Origin: Giardia intestinalis
Lineage: Eukaryota
Direction: 5' to 3' (one strand)
Assembly: GCA_000002435.2 (NCBI GenBank)
Contig: CM018792.1
DNA length: 64,000 bases
Shown here piece after piece: positions 27,780-41,000 of this stretch. A model generated the notes under the pieces. It searched no databases. It worked only from the letters and a program-made list of their open reading frames with translations, and had not been told where the DNA came from. Positions within the stretch are counted from its first letter, which is position 1. Each line of letters starts with the position of its first letter. The position numbers and the translations under genes are program-made.

Positions 27780-30617
27780 ATGCTCAAGACCCAATCTTTG
27801 ATGCGGGTACGACCAGCCATCGCTAACGAGCTTCTGCAGCCGCATATGCTCCAGCTGGGCACTGATGACCGCACGATCACTGTGGCAGGGCCCCGGGAGT
27901 TTACTCTCACATGTGACCGTGTACTGAGCGCAGGCTTTACTCAGCAATTGGTTTTCAACTCTATTGTTCAGTCTATGATAGATGATTCTCTTCTAGAGGA
28001 CCGTGTGCCGGTGCTTTTTGTTTGTGGACCTCTTCACAGCGGAAAAAGCTACACGGTCGAAGGGAGTCAGAGTGACAGCGCGCTCGCAGGGATCCTGTAC
28101 AACAGTATCTCATATCTGTTTGCAAATGATGCCTCCGAAGTCTATGTCTCTTCTCTCGGCTTTGGCCCCATGGAGCGTATAAAGAACCTCCTGACACCAA
28201 GTGAGCAACCTCAGGACGTTACGCCTCTTTTCAACCAACGGGCGTATCCCTCGGTAACGTACCCGTGCTGTGCCTATCCTCTAGCCCAGGCCGCAGACGT
28301 TGTTGACCTTGTCCGTCTTTCGCGAAGACATGCCATGCGCACAGAGCAAACGGATTGGATGCACAAAATGTGGGTTCTAGATTATCAAATTCAGGGCCAA
28401 TATGGCCGACTTGTGACCGTTGAGCTAGCTATATTTCCATCTCCTCGTGGCAGTGACCTTCTATTGCAATCTCTCTTGGTTAGGGTACTTACTGATATCA
28501 GACATAATCGCTTAGAAAGCCTTCCCATTCGGGAGCACAGACTCTTGAGCTGCCTGCGTGACTCTTTTCATCCACAGTTTGGAAGCATTACCTTCCTCCT
28601 ATGCGTGTCGCAGGTTGTTCGGCAAGAAGATCTGGAGTCGAACGCCGCCCTGCTCTACGCTCTCTTTCCGTACCCAAAAGATTCCGTGCCGACCAATAAA
28701 TCGTTGGGAGAGATGCTAAACTCCAAAGTTAATGCCCAGCGTGCATCCCCGCAGATCTCCCAGATGGTTTCCTCTAGTTTGGAGATGGTCAATGCGCACG
28801 ATAGCGATGCTCTCCCAGCTCCCGGAACAACTGAGTATTATTCCTCTGTTGGCCAACGTTACAAGGACTCTTGCAAAAATGTATCTCTGAACTACGTCAA
28901 GGAGCAGCTTAAAGCATCAAATCGTATTCTTCAATCCATTATTGACGAAGGGAAGAGTCCTCATGGGGCGTTACAGCCCAATAACGAGCAGCATTACTCC
29001 ACGAGAAACAACCCCACTCATACGCTGCGTGACTCCTTGTCTGTCCCAGCAGTGACTCACACATCTATTACTGCAACTCCTCAAATTTTAAGACATGATC
29101 GAGTACTTGCACCCGCCCCTTCCAGCGTTAATCCAAATTATCAGGCCCCAGTAGAAAGCACTTCTCAGCATCTAGATCTACGTTCCTCTCTAGGCTCAGA
29201 GACTCCTGCTGCAGTCATCTCTTCTAGTGAAGTCATCCGGGAGAGAGCCCGCGGGGCTACGCTTACTGGTAGTCTGGAAAATAGACCACTTGACCCCAAG
29301 CTTGCCTGTGCGCCAGCCTTGCCAGATCATGATACCTCTATGTTTGATGACTCCCTAGTTCCGCAGACAGTGGCCCATCACATTCGCTCGTCGTCCGCAC
29401 AAGTTCTTAGACGTACACCTATGATAGATCAGCAAGCAAGCAGACCAGTGACTCCGATCCGCCAGCACCTTCCAGCAACCCCCAGCTCGGCAATACACTT
29501 GGGAAAGGTTGTCACAGGGTCCGGTGTAGCGGCGCAGTCAATAAACTTCGACCGTGATCAGCAGCTCGAGAGACTCCGTCGTCGCGAAGAAGATTCTACA
29601 AGCCGCATTCATGCTCTTGAGCTGGACATAAGCAAGAAAAGCTCTCAACTGAAGCAGATGGAGGTTTTACTAAAAGATGCTCTGCAACAAAACGAGTCCC
29701 ACATCGCCAAGATGGAATCAATGGGCAGGCTTATAGAGGAGCTTCGCAGCAGGCCACAGGTTACTGTCAAACATCTTTCACCGCAAGAGCGTGAAGAATA
29801 TGAGGCTCGGATTGCCACTTTAAGCAATTCCGTGATTCAGCGAGACAACGAAATTCATTCCCTCCATCAACAAGCAGACCAGCTTCGCGGTTTACTGAAC
29901 CAAACAACTAAGTTTCAGGCTTATGCAGATTCCTTGGGTACAACATCAGAGCCCTCCCAGCAGCTTCTTGATGGACGCATTGACGCAATGCTCGTTGACC
30001 TAGCTACTAAGGATAGACAGATAGGAGACCTCGCGCGAGAAAACGATGAGTTGCAACAGCTTCTGCACAAAATGAGGGGAGACCTTGCTGACCACGAGCG
30101 CCTTTTAGGGGACCTAGGATACTATAAGGGTCTTGTTACAGAGGCAAGCAACGCCAGAGGCACACTGAGCGCCGAACTAGAGCAACTCAAGGCGGAGAAT
30201 GAAGTTTTTAGACTCGAAAACCAGCGTCTCCACGACGAAATCAAAAGATTGCGAGAGGATTGGGAGCAGGCCCGTGCCCAAGCATCACGTGCAGAAGAAG
30301 CAACTGGAGAAATTGCGCACATTTCACAACGGTACATAGAGCTGGAGAAAAAGTATGAAGACGCGCTACGCGACGGACAGAACGTCCGCGCAGAGGTGGC
30401 ATCAAAGGACGCAACCATTGAGTCTTTGTCTCGACAAATCGGGTACCTGAAAGGCATAGAGAAGACCCTGACACACATATCTGGTGCCATGACCCAGGTC
30501 CCCATGGATGCCACTGTTCGTGTCCCAACCGCGAGTAGCACCTTCAACCCGGGACCTCAACCCTGCGAATTAGATTTCATAAACAATAACATTAGTGGGA
30601 TCAGCGGGAGAGACTAG
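27780..30617 (+). CDS. Divergent kinesin-like protein (degenerate motor domain plus a long coiled-coil tail)
   Basis: The N-terminus MRVRPAIANE matches kinesin RVxVRxRP. The P-loop region VLFVCGPLHSGKSYTVEGS aligns to VFAYGQTGSGKTYTMEG. Switch-I is degenerate (LSRRHAMR for SSRSH). The C-terminal 350 aa is a heptad-rich coiled coil. Confidence 0.6.
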   Translation: MLKTQSLMRVRPAIANELLQPHMLQLGTDDRTITVAGPREFTLTCDRVLSAGFTQQLVFNSIVQSMIDDSLLEDRVPVLFVCGPLHSGKSYTVEGSQSDSALAGILYNSISYLFANDASEVYVSSLGFGPMERIKNLLTPSEQPQDVTPLFNQRAYPSVTYPCCAYPLAQAADVVDLVRLSRRHAMRTEQTDWMHKMWVLDYQIQGQYGRLVTVELAIFPSPRGSDLLLQSLLVRVLTDIRHNRLESLPIREHRLLSCLRDSFHPQFGSITFLLCVSQVVRQEDLESNAALLYALFPYPKDSVPTNKSLGEMLNSKVNAQRASPQISQMVSSSLEMVNAHDSDALPAPGTTEYYSSVGQRYKDSCKNVSLNYVKEQLKASNRILQSIIDEGKSPHGALQPNNEQHYSTRNNPTHTLRDSLSVPAVTHTSITATPQILRHDRVLAPAPSSVNPNYQAPVESTSQHLDLRSSLGSETPAAVISSSEVIRERARGATLTGSLENRPLDPKLACAPALPDHDTSMFDDSLVPQTVAHHIRSSSAQVLRRTPMIDQQASRPVTPIRQHLPATPSSAIHLGKVVTGSGVAAQSINFDRDQQLERLRRREEDSTSRIHALELDISKKSSQLKQMEVLLKDALQQNESHIAKMESMGRLIEELRSRPQVTVKHLSPQEREEYEARIATLSNSVIQRDNEIHSLHQQADQLRGLLNQTTKFQAYADSLGTTSEPSQQLLDGRIDAMLVDLATKDRQIGDLARENDELQQLLHKMRGDLADHERLLGDLGYYKGLVTEASNARGTLSAELEQLKAENEVFRLENQRLHDEIKRLREDWEQARAQASRAEEATGEIAHISQRYIELEKKYEDALRDGQNVRAEVASKDATIESLSRQIGYLKGIEKTLTHISGAMTQVPMDATVRVPTASSTFNPGPQPCELDFINNNISGISGRD

Positions 30618-30643
30618 TAGTGGTGTAAGATTTACAACGAGGA

Positions 30644-31999
30644 TTACTCGGCAACTGATCTAGTGGTGGCGAAGCGCTCAAGCTCTTTCTGTAAGGCTTC
30701 ATGAGCAGTCTTCCTATCCGACTGGCGCTGCTCGTATGGATCTAGGATGACCTTCTCGGGGTGCTTCATGCGGTACTCGTCCAGTTTGGCCATATAGGAC
30801 GCATTTTTTATGCCATACACCCACAGAAAGATCACCGCCGCAATCATGACTAAAGAAAAGATAACCGACGCCCAGTTTGTCGGCGGAGGCGGATCTGCAC
30901 AAGCAACAGTCTGCTTGGCTGCGTCCTTAATCGAGACACAGGATTGCAGGACAACCTTATTATGGGCTCCATCACCGGAGATGGCAGTCAGAAATGGGGT
31001 AAGAGACGTTCTGAACGGAAATACCCGTAATGTATTATAAAAATCTGGGAAGCTATCACTCGCCTGGGATAGACTTGTTTCCTGTGCGCCCTCTAACTGA
31101 GTAATCCGGAAGTCTGAGCGCAGAGGGTGCGTAACATTGTACGGTTGAGCGGTCTGGACAAGATGCCATTTCTGTGTGGCACTTGTAAGTGTTCTGTGGG
31201 TGGTTCCATTCGAAAACACAATTCTCCCTTCATACCGCGAAGAACCAGTAAATGCTATCATGAATGGGTATCGATACCGATATGTGAAATCAGTCATGTA
31301 GATTGACGGGAGCTGTATGCTATTGCTGAATAAATACTCAGCCAGAGAGGTCTGAGGAAGGACAAAACCGCTGCCCAGACTGAGGGCAAGCTCTTTGACG
31401 GTGTTATGAAGAACTATCTCGCTTGAAAATGAGCCCGGGACGCCTGACTCCTGATCGTGTAGGGTTGTTACAGAGTAGCCGTAGGCTGCCTGGCGAGCAA
31501 TAAGGAACCCGGGAAGCCCCGGTAAAGACACGGCGTCAAAGGAGTCAGAGACAATGTGGCGAGCCGTGGTCCTTAGGAATTTATAAATTCTGTCGGCAGA
31601 ACCGACAGAATCTTTAACTGTCAAGCTATACCCGAGATTTGTCCCCGTTGCGCTAGATGCCATGGAAACAATGGTGTCAGTGACCACATTGAGGAAGGCG
31701 TTGTAAAGAAAGTAGTCAACGCGGGAGGCAGTTGGAATTAACTCCTCGAAAAGAAGAGCGTACTGATCGGTCGATGTTTCCAACTCAGCAGATAGGCTAT
31801 GGTACAATTCAGGTGAAAAGACCTCTGTCTTGAGCATGTGGACAAACTCGTCGACGTGGTGCGTAAAGATCTTCAAGAGGGAAACATACACCTCGGAAAT
31901 GCTCGAGCAGCTACCGTGGCCACACCTGAGTGTGGGCATATCAGCCGGGAAGGAGGATGCCCTCCCCAGAGTTAGAACTAGCGCAAGGACCAGAATCAT
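30644..31999 (-). CDS. Hypothetical type-I membrane glycoprotein (signal peptide plus a C-terminal TM)
   Basis: N-terminus MILVLALVLTLGRASS. A TM helix ASVIFSLVMIAAVIFLWVYGI lies about 60 aa from the C-terminus, with several NxT/S sites. Confidence 0.55.
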   Translation of the reverse strand: MILVLALVLTLGRASSFPADMPTLRCGHGSCSSISEVYVSLLKIFTHHVDEFVHMLKTEVFSPELYHSLSAELETSTDQYALLFEELIPTASRVDYFLYNAFLNVVTDTIVSMASSATGTNLGYSLTVKDSVGSADRIYKFLRTTARHIVSDSFDAVSLPGLPGFLIARQAAYGYSVTTLHDQESGVPGSFSSEIVLHNTVKELALSLGSGFVLPQTSLAEYLFSNSIQLPSIYMTDFTYRYRYPFMIAFTGSSRYEGRIVFSNGTTHRTLTSATQKWHLVQTAQPYNVTHPLRSDFRITQLEGAQETSLSQASDSFPDFYNTLRVFPFRTSLTPFLTAISGDGAHNKVVLQSCVSIKDAAKQTVACADPPPPTNWASVIFSLVMIAAVIFLWVYGIKNASYMAKLDEYRMKHPEKVILDPYEQRQSDRKTAHEALQKELERFATTRSVAE

Positions 32000-32091
32000 A
32001 GGGCCTGTGGAGTTAAATTAAGTGGGAAATTTACACAAGTAATTAATAAAAGCGCACAAATTCACACAAAACGCAAACACAAAAAGCTGCT

Positions 32092-35000
32092 ATGTCAGCA
32101 CCCGACCAGCGACAGCAGGATTCTGCAGAGATGCTTCGAGCCCGTCTTTACGCAACAGCGCTCAATAAACAGGCACTCTACGAAACGAATGTTTCTACCG
32201 AAGCGAATCCAAACTCTGTCGGCAGTGTCGCTATCCCCCCGCCCCCGAACACAAATCTTCCGCGCCGTGTGCGCACTCAGAAGGGCTGGCAGTTTACAAA
32301 CATGAGCCAGCCCGGAGCAGACCATTACTCCCAGCTTAGCACAATTCCTACCCTGACTACTGCTATTGAGAAGGCCATGAAGCCAGGGGCATCAATTATA
32401 CAAAAGAAGACCATGACACGACCGATGGTGACAGATATAGTCCACCCCTCCGAGTCAGCGAAGATTCTCGCAGAGGCGCCTCCTGGTAGCTTCTTCTACA
32501 TGTCTCGCTTTACACAAATCCAGTTTCCACCAGGCTATGCACTCAGTTCTGATGCAGATTTCCACGAGTGGGACATTTTGGTTTGTCCCTACGAGTGGAT
32601 CTCAAAGTCGGACTACTATACGATATCTGCAAAGGGTGTTACACACTTCGTTAACGGAATGTCGCAATTTTCGGATCTCAATGAATGGTTGCATGATTTG
32701 GTAATGCTACAAACTCTCCGTAAAATCCCAATCTTTGCTAACTTTAGATTGTGGAAGCCACTGCGATTGCTCAAGAAGGCCGTTCTTAAAAACAGGCGGA
32801 CCCGCGCCTACGGGAGCTTAGACGCAAATCTCTTCTACCTCAATCCACTTCTTCGGCAGGCTCTCTATGGGGTTTATGATAACTGCATCAACATTAAGTC
32901 TTTCGTTCTAATTCTCACCGATGAGGAGTTGGAGGCCCTCAAGAAGCGGCTTAAAATAGCTCAGCATGACGATGGAATGGCCAGATACTCTGATGATGAG
33001 GGTACCTATAATGATGAACATAATGAGCAGGCAGGCTCCGGTGACGGAGCATCTCCCCGGCCCGTTTCTCCGGGGGGAGCAGGCTCTAGTTCGAGACCTG
33101 CGCGCCACGTGCTCGGGTCCTTAGCCAATACTCAGACACATAACTTCCCCTTTTCCTTAGAAGAGTTTGAGAGGATGTGCATCACCCGCTGCAGAGATAT
33201 GGCTGTTAATCTCGACGAGATTGTTACACACGTTGCATTGGGCATCCGTAAGTCCATCTCTGGAGTGATTCTGGCTGCCATCGGAAGCGATACTAATGCC
33301 AGTGAGAATAGCGCTGATGATACCTCAGCTGTTCGTAAGCTAGACTTTGAGGAGTTTGACAACTACAGGGGTACTATCAAAAAGGCCGCGACAATGACAG
33401 CAATTGAGTCCAATGCTGCTCAGGCCCACAAGGAGGGGAAAATCACGTACACAGAGAGGGCGACTCGCCTCAATCTTTGCAAGCGAATGGTGAGCTTTCT
33501 ACGTTTGGCAGACTTTATGATTATGGACAGTCTCTATGACCTGGCCTATCTAACTCTGAACACGTTCTTTACTCGTCTTCGCGAAGCTAGCAAGATAGTC
33601 TTCCCAACATATGAGCAGGTTGTTCCATCGATGGAGGTCTTGCGCAATCTGGAGCGCATAGGCGTGATAAACTTTAATCCAGTAGAAGAGGATGAGATGG
33701 CCGGCTTCGATGGTCCTGGTGGAGATTCGCTCACCAACGTCAAGGGTATGGATATCACCGAAGAGGAGGCCATGCCTAAGCTTGTTGGTGATGGATCGTA
33801 CGTCGTATTTCTTGGGCGTGTCGTGTGCATGCTATCCACGATGCCTCCTGCTGCAGGAACCACGGCGCTAAATGCTTATGGGTATCGAGGAGGATACCGT
33901 AATCTAATGAACCTCAGTGACCCCTCTACACCAGGGGATGCCATCAGACCGGGCTCAGTGGCGGACATTTCGGTCACCCCATCATTCGAAGATTTCTATA
34001 GAGCAATCGAGACAATGATTGAGAACATTCTCTCTGTAGAGACTGCTGTGCGCCGTCTTGTCACCCACGAAGACTTCTCAGATGTCACTAGCCCATTCAG
34101 CTCTGGTGGCGTCCTGGCAAATGCCACCGGCGGAGATGCCAGTGGGGACGTGGGGATGTCTGAAATCCAGGCTCCTGACATCTCCCTGCTCTTCTCCACA
34201 AACCCGGCCTTCCACGTTGTCATCTCTGACATCTCAACTACAGTCAGGAGCACGTATGACGCAGCAGTCAACTGGATGGTCAACCTCCAGAGCTATTTTG
34301 ACTCATTCAATGACGTGATTTCCCTTGACATCGAGGCGCTTGAGAAGTCTCTTCTTGTTCTTCCTCCAGGTGTTGAGGACCTAATGAATGTAAGCATCCC
34401 AGACATCCTGATGAAGATTTTTGATTACGGCAAGGAGCTCCTCGGTCAAGATGCTCCTCAGGTAGCTGCAGTTCTTTCGCCTCTTGACGCTCTGGAGGCT
34501 GAGGTTGACTTCGATTCCCAAAAGAAGGAAAAGCCTGACGACCCAGTATACAGATTTGATGTAAGGGCCGCGGTTCTTCAACTGCCCGACCTCTCTGTTT
34601 CAGGTAGAAGGGACATTCCACTGACTAGCTATCAAGGCCTGACACGGGCCGTTTTGCTGGAGCATCTGTACCCCATTGACCGCATTGTTGAGCTTGTAAC
34701 CCAGTTGGAAGAGTATCGGCTCCTCACATACGCTATGCCGACACGGATTAACTTGGGCGCCTTTGCGTTTGATCTGACAGAGCTGAAGGACGCCTTCGTT
34801 CCTGCTCCCCAGCGGGTTTTGACGTTTCTCCAGACCTTGATTCCGCTGGCTTGTCATCGCAGGCTATCCATACTTATCCTAAACATGATGCAGATACAGG
34901 CCTTTCTCGTACGTCAGACTCAATCTGTCGACGAATTCATAATATTTAAAGAATGCTTGAGCTTGATAACGGAAGAAATAGTGGATACCATTCGGCTTTT

Positions 35001-38000
35001 CTCTGATAATATCTTCCAATTAGTTCATAGACTGACCAATAATCACGGGTTTGTGTTCCCGAATGAGTTCCTCCATCTTCAGAACATTTTCGCGCAGTAC
35101 TTCGAGCAACTTCGTAATACGATCCTGTCATCTGAACAGCTCGTTGATCAGCAGCTCAACAGCTGGATCATGAACCTCCACGAGCGTGCTCAAAAGATCA
35201 AGCAGGACCTGGCTCTGCTGACTCACAAGACCACGGATCCACTTCTCAACAAGAGCATCGAGCTTTGTACTCTCGAAGAAGTAACAGAGGTAGTATCTAA
35301 CTATATTCATGCATTTGAGCAAGATACCAGGTTGTTGGGCACGTCCCCCAATCCTGACACTTTAGTTTCAGGTCAGGAGGCAAACAGTACAGAGAAGCCT
35401 GTGGAACAGCCAAACGAGGAAGTCAGCGAGCCCTCGCGTTCTAGTGGCCCTCAAAAGGATGACGATGCGATACAGTCCGAAGAGTCTTCTAGCGAGAAGA
35501 AGGATGGAGACGAGCAACAATACGAGGGTGGCACGGGCCAGATGCAAACGGTTATTACTTTGGCTGATAAGCTCAACGCTCTGACTCTAGAATATATCTT
35601 GCAAGAAGCGGCAGAATCTACAGAGTACGATAGCTTCATAGAAAGCCAAACAGTTGCGAATGATGGCACCGCTGGAGCCACAATTGCTGCAGCAGAGGCC
35701 TCTCAAATGAGTGAGACAGGGCATAGCGCTGTCTCGGGTCCAGTGGAAGCAGAGACTTCCGACACCTCCAGGACACTCAGCAGAGAGCCAACAGCTCATG
35801 GTGCCTTTAATCTCTCTATGAACTTGCCTGGGGAGTTAGCGATTCTTTCTGCTAAGAAGAAGCTTGTGCTCACCTCCACTCAGATTAAGGATTGCTACAA
35901 TCAAACGCTCGCGCTTCGCGAAAAGCTGTCAGCGATAGAGTCTGCTATCCGTGTTAATCAGAGATACCAGACGTCTCTGGGCACGGATGTCACTGTGTTC
36001 ACCGACCTGGAGAGCACAAGCCAGACGGTGAAGCTCTACGATTCGCTGTGGGGGACATGCTTTGCGTGGCTTGAAAACATGGTTGTGTTTGCAAAGTCAT
36101 TCTTCTTTGGACAGTTGGACGTCGACTATATGACAAAGTTTGTGGCCGAGAGCGGAAAGATCGCCTTTCAGTGCGAAAGACAGCTTCCACAAGTGGATAT
36201 TGCTCTGGTGCTCAAGCTCCGTGTCAATGACTTCCGGCAACTCATACCCGTTGTCCAAAGCCTGGATAACCAGACGCTTAAGCCTCGCCACTGGGCAAGC
36301 GTAGGCCAGGCCCTTGGGGTGGAAATACCGAAGTTTGGAGACGATGCACGGAATCCCATCAAGATTGTCAGACGCAAGTTTCTTACTGAGAAGGAGCGGG
36401 AGCGAGCGGCACCCGAAGAACTACTCCCAGTTACTACCACTATTAAAGTTTCAGAGGACACGCCGAAGATCACCATTGCTTGGCTGATACAAAACGATGC
36501 CCTCAACTTCAAGGATGAGCTTTCCTCGGTCTCTAACACTGCAGCCAACGAAGCAAGTCTTGAAGTCAGCTTCCGAAAGCTCGAATCAGAATGGGCCAAC
36601 ATTGACATTTCTACCAACAATTACAAGGACTCGCTCGATATCTTTGTGATCACGGACGTTGTTGACCTCATTGCAAAACTTGACGACTCCATTCTTGTTC
36701 TGTCCGGGATAGTGTCCAGTAGATATGTCAAGCCAATCCAGGAGGAGGTGCAGAAACTCTATACACAGCTTACCAATCTATCTAGTACGATTGATGTTTG
36801 GTGTAGGGTCCAGAAGGGCTACCTATATCTCCTCAATATCTTCGGATCTGGAGACATTCAGCGCCAGCTGCCCAATGAGACGAAGATGTTTATGGATTTG
36901 GATGGCTTCTGGAAGAAGCTTCTATCAAAGACGCAGGATTATCCAAAGGCGGTGGAGGTGCCTCAGTTCAACATAATTGGTACTGCAGCCGTTGTTCCAA
37001 CCGGCAACACACCTCCGTTGGAGGCGATGCTTAAGCGATATGAGCAGGTTCTAGAATCCATACAGAAATCTCTTGACGAGTACCTGCAGAACAAGCGGAT
37101 GTCTTTTGCCCGTCTTTACTTTCTATCAGACGAAGAGCTGCTTGACATACTTTCTCAATCAAAGAATCCATATGCAATCCAAGCGCACATTCGCAAGATC
37201 TTCGACTCCATACAATCACTTGAATTCTCAGTCGGTCAATCCGGTGGCTTAGACATTGTTGCCATGCTTTCGGAAGAAGGTGAGCGTGTTGTGCTTAATG
37301 TGCCAATCAAGGCACGAGGCTCCATTACGGCCTGGCTTGGAAACCTGGAGCAACGCATGAAGCAGACGATTAATCGACACTGTCAGGTAGCGGTCCTCGA
37401 TTACTCTGTGGAGAAGCGTAACGCGTGGATTCTTTCCCATCCAGCACAATGCATCATTTGCGTCAGTCAGATTTATTGGTGTGAGGGAATTCATCTTGCT
37501 CTAGAAGGAAGCTCCTATGCTGGATACGGTGGTAAGCGCGCGAATGGCACAGACTGCACAGTTGACGAAGCAGAAAGCATGGCTCGGAGCGTGGTTCAAG
37601 ACACAGATGTGCACCACTCAAAGAAGTCAACAGAGAAGACGTCTCCCCTAGCAATCTACATTCAGAACTTTGAAAAAATGCTTCTAGACCTGATTAAACT
37701 GATCCAAGACACCTCTCTGACGAAGCTCCAGCGATGTATTGTCACTGCGCTGGCCACTATTGACGTCCACTCTAGGGATACTCTGTATGACCTCCTGCAT
37801 GAGAAGGTCACGTCTATCACCTCGTTTGAATTCCAAAAGCTCTTACGCTACTATTGGAACACGTCTGATAACCAGGTGCACATCCATCAATCGGCAGCAC
37901 ACTTTCTCTACAACTGCGAGTATCTTGGTGCATCTCCTCGCCTGGTTATTACCCCGCTCACAGATCTTTGTTATTTAACTCTGATGATTGCGCATCGCTT

Positions 38001-41000
38001 TTATCTTGGTGGAGCTCCGCAGGGGCCCGCTGGAACTGGGAAGACAGAGACCACCAAGGACTTGGCGAAAGCGCTTGCAATGCCTTGCATCGTCTTCAAT
38101 TGTTCAGAGTCTCTGGACTATCGTATCATGGGCCGCTTCTTCGCCGGTCTCTCCCAAGTTGGTGCCTGGATCTGCTTCGATGAGTTTAATCGAATTGACC
38201 TGGAGGTGCTTTCAGTCGTTGCGTCGCAGGTCATGTGTATTCAAAATGCAGTCAAAGCCGGGCAAGATCGTTTTATTTTCGAGGGCGTTGACATGCCTAT
38301 CAACAAGACGGTTGGAATCTTTATCACGATGAACCCAGGGTATGCGGGCCGTGTGGAATTACCCGATAATCTCAAGGCTTTGTTCCGCGCAGTTTCCATG
38401 GTTGTTCCAGACTATTCACTTATAGCAGAAATCATTCTCTTCTCGGAGGGCTTTACAACGGCCAAGGTCCTTAGCCGCAAGATGGTGCAGCTCTACAAGC
38501 TCAGCTCGGAGCAGCTATCGCAGCAGGACCACTATGACTTTGGCATGCGTGCGATCAAATCGGTCCTTGTCATGGCTGGCGGGCTGCGGCGCAAGTACGG
38601 GCATCTTACCGAAGATGTTGTTCTCATCCGTGCCATGCGTGACGCTAATTTGCCGAAGTTCACTGCAGCAGATATTGAGCTCTTCATGGGCATCATTCAG
38701 GATCTCTTCCCCGGCGTCCAGATTCCCTCTGTGGAGCACGGTGAATTGGCTCTTTGCATTGAGCAAGTACTAAAGAAAAATAATTACTACAACATTCCTC
38801 TTCAGGTCAATAAGATTGTTCAGCTTCACGAAACCATGCAGGTGCGTCATGGTGTGATGCAAGTAGGGGCAGCCAAGTCTGGAAAGACGGTGTGCATGCG
38901 GGTGCTTCAGGAGGCCCTCGGCATACTGAGAGACAAGGTGGACACAGAGTTCACACCAGAGCAGCGGAAGGTCTTCCTTCAGGCAAACCCAGACCATATC
39001 GTCAATCATGTGCAGGTCAACGTTCTCAACCCAAAGTCCATTGACATGACAGAGCTCTATGGAAACTATAACGACGTTTCTGGCGAATGGAAGGACGGGC
39101 TTGTTGGGGTCTTGATCCGGGATATGCTTGCAAAAACGGCTGCCGGTCTCAAGGATGAGCAAACAGGGCTGCCCATCCAACAGAAGAAGCAGTGGATTTG
39201 CTTCGATGGCCCGGTGGACACCCTTTGGATTGAGTCTCTCAACACGCTCCTCGACGATAATAAGCTTATTTGCTTTGCCAACTCCGAGCGTTTAAAGATC
39301 AACGAATATATAAGCATCGTTTTTGAGGTAGAGAACCTGAAGAATGCATCTCCAGCTACGGTTTCACGCGCAGGCATGGTCTATTTCAGTCAGCCTCAGG
39401 GCCTTGCCTATGCCCGAGACATGTCCGCTTGCATAGTACGTTGGGACGCATATGTTATCTGTTGGCTTAATGGCGAGTTTGATAAGCGTGTTAAGATGAT
39501 CTCCGGCCTGCGTGAAGTAGGGTACGGGAATTCATCTGAAGCTAGCGGCTCGGCGTCTTCTGTTCCAGTACCTCAGGGTTGTGACAAGACTCTGGAGGCG
39601 CTCATCTACGACCACTTTATGTTGCTGATTTTCAAACTGTTCGCTATTTTCATCCCCGTAGGGATGGAGTTTTACTCCAGGAACTGTAGCGACATGTTCA
39701 TTCCAACAAACGAGTTTTCAGTGATTCAGTCCATTACTCGGATATTCACGGCCATTCTCGTCTACAATCGGTCCATGATTGCACATGAGCGCATCCAGAA
39801 GCAGGAGGAACTTAATAGGGCCGCTGAAGAAAACGGTCTCACAGAGATACCCCAGGCAAAAGACAAGGCTGTCATGGATCTCATTGACATGACCCTGATG
39901 GTGCGGTTTTTGACACTACAATTTGTAGCTAACAACAATTCTCTCATGATCCAGTCGTCCCTATCAAACGCAGAGAAGCTTGTTAAGATTCATGAATATG
40001 TCTTAGCGAGCGACGAGTTTGTCACCTGCGAAAACATCATCAAGTCAGCGTTTCTGTATGCCTTTATCTGGAGCTTTGCAACCACGGCAATGCAGAATAC
40101 AAAGAAGCGAGAAGAATTCGACAATGCAATTCGCACTCTCATTGAGACGAATAACGAACAGTACATTGCATATAAGGCAACGGGCTCTCTCCCCGAAGAA
40201 ACAGAGCAGGCCAAGCAATTCCACCCCTTTGAGGGTTACTCCTTGCCACCGTGTATTTCCCTTCCGTCGATCCCTAACAGCGGGCTCATATTTGATTACT
40301 ACGTCGATTGGCAACCAGTTATAGATTACCAGCAGAAGATGCTCACAACCATGACCTTCATGTCGCCCTTCTACACAAGTCAGGCAGACGATCAGCATAC
40401 GTCTAAGCCGCTCGGAACCTATCAGCTAACAACAGATCTCTTTTCCGAAAAGGCTACGCACATCTCTGCGATCCTCTCCTCTAACGACGAAGCGGCAGCC
40501 TTTCTGACTGCAAAGATAGTCTCCCCGCAGACTGCTTGCACCTTTGCGCCATTTGGAAACGTCATGCCCAAGTTCAGCTACGACCCAAAGCTACCCTTTT
40601 TCCAGATTTACGTCAATACTCTTGACTCAGTGCGGTATAGTCACCTTATAGAGAGTCTGGTTAAGCAGCGAAAGCCAGTGCTAGTCACAGGGAATACAGG
40701 GAGCGGCAAGTCTGTTCTTGTCAACGATCTCCTTGCAACTCTAGATAAACGAGGATTGGCGCAGAACACTTTTATTAATTTCTCTGCTGCGTCCAACTCT
40801 CTCCGAACACAGGAGATGATAGAGAGCAGTCTTGAGAAGCGGAGAAAGACTATCCTAGGACCAGTGGTTGGAAAGATAGCATGTATTTTTGTTGACGATA
40901 TCAACATGATTGCGTACGATCTGTTTGGGTCACAACAGGCCGTCGAGTTCATCCGAGACATAGTCGACGCAGATGGATTTTATGATAGAAAGGAGTGGTT

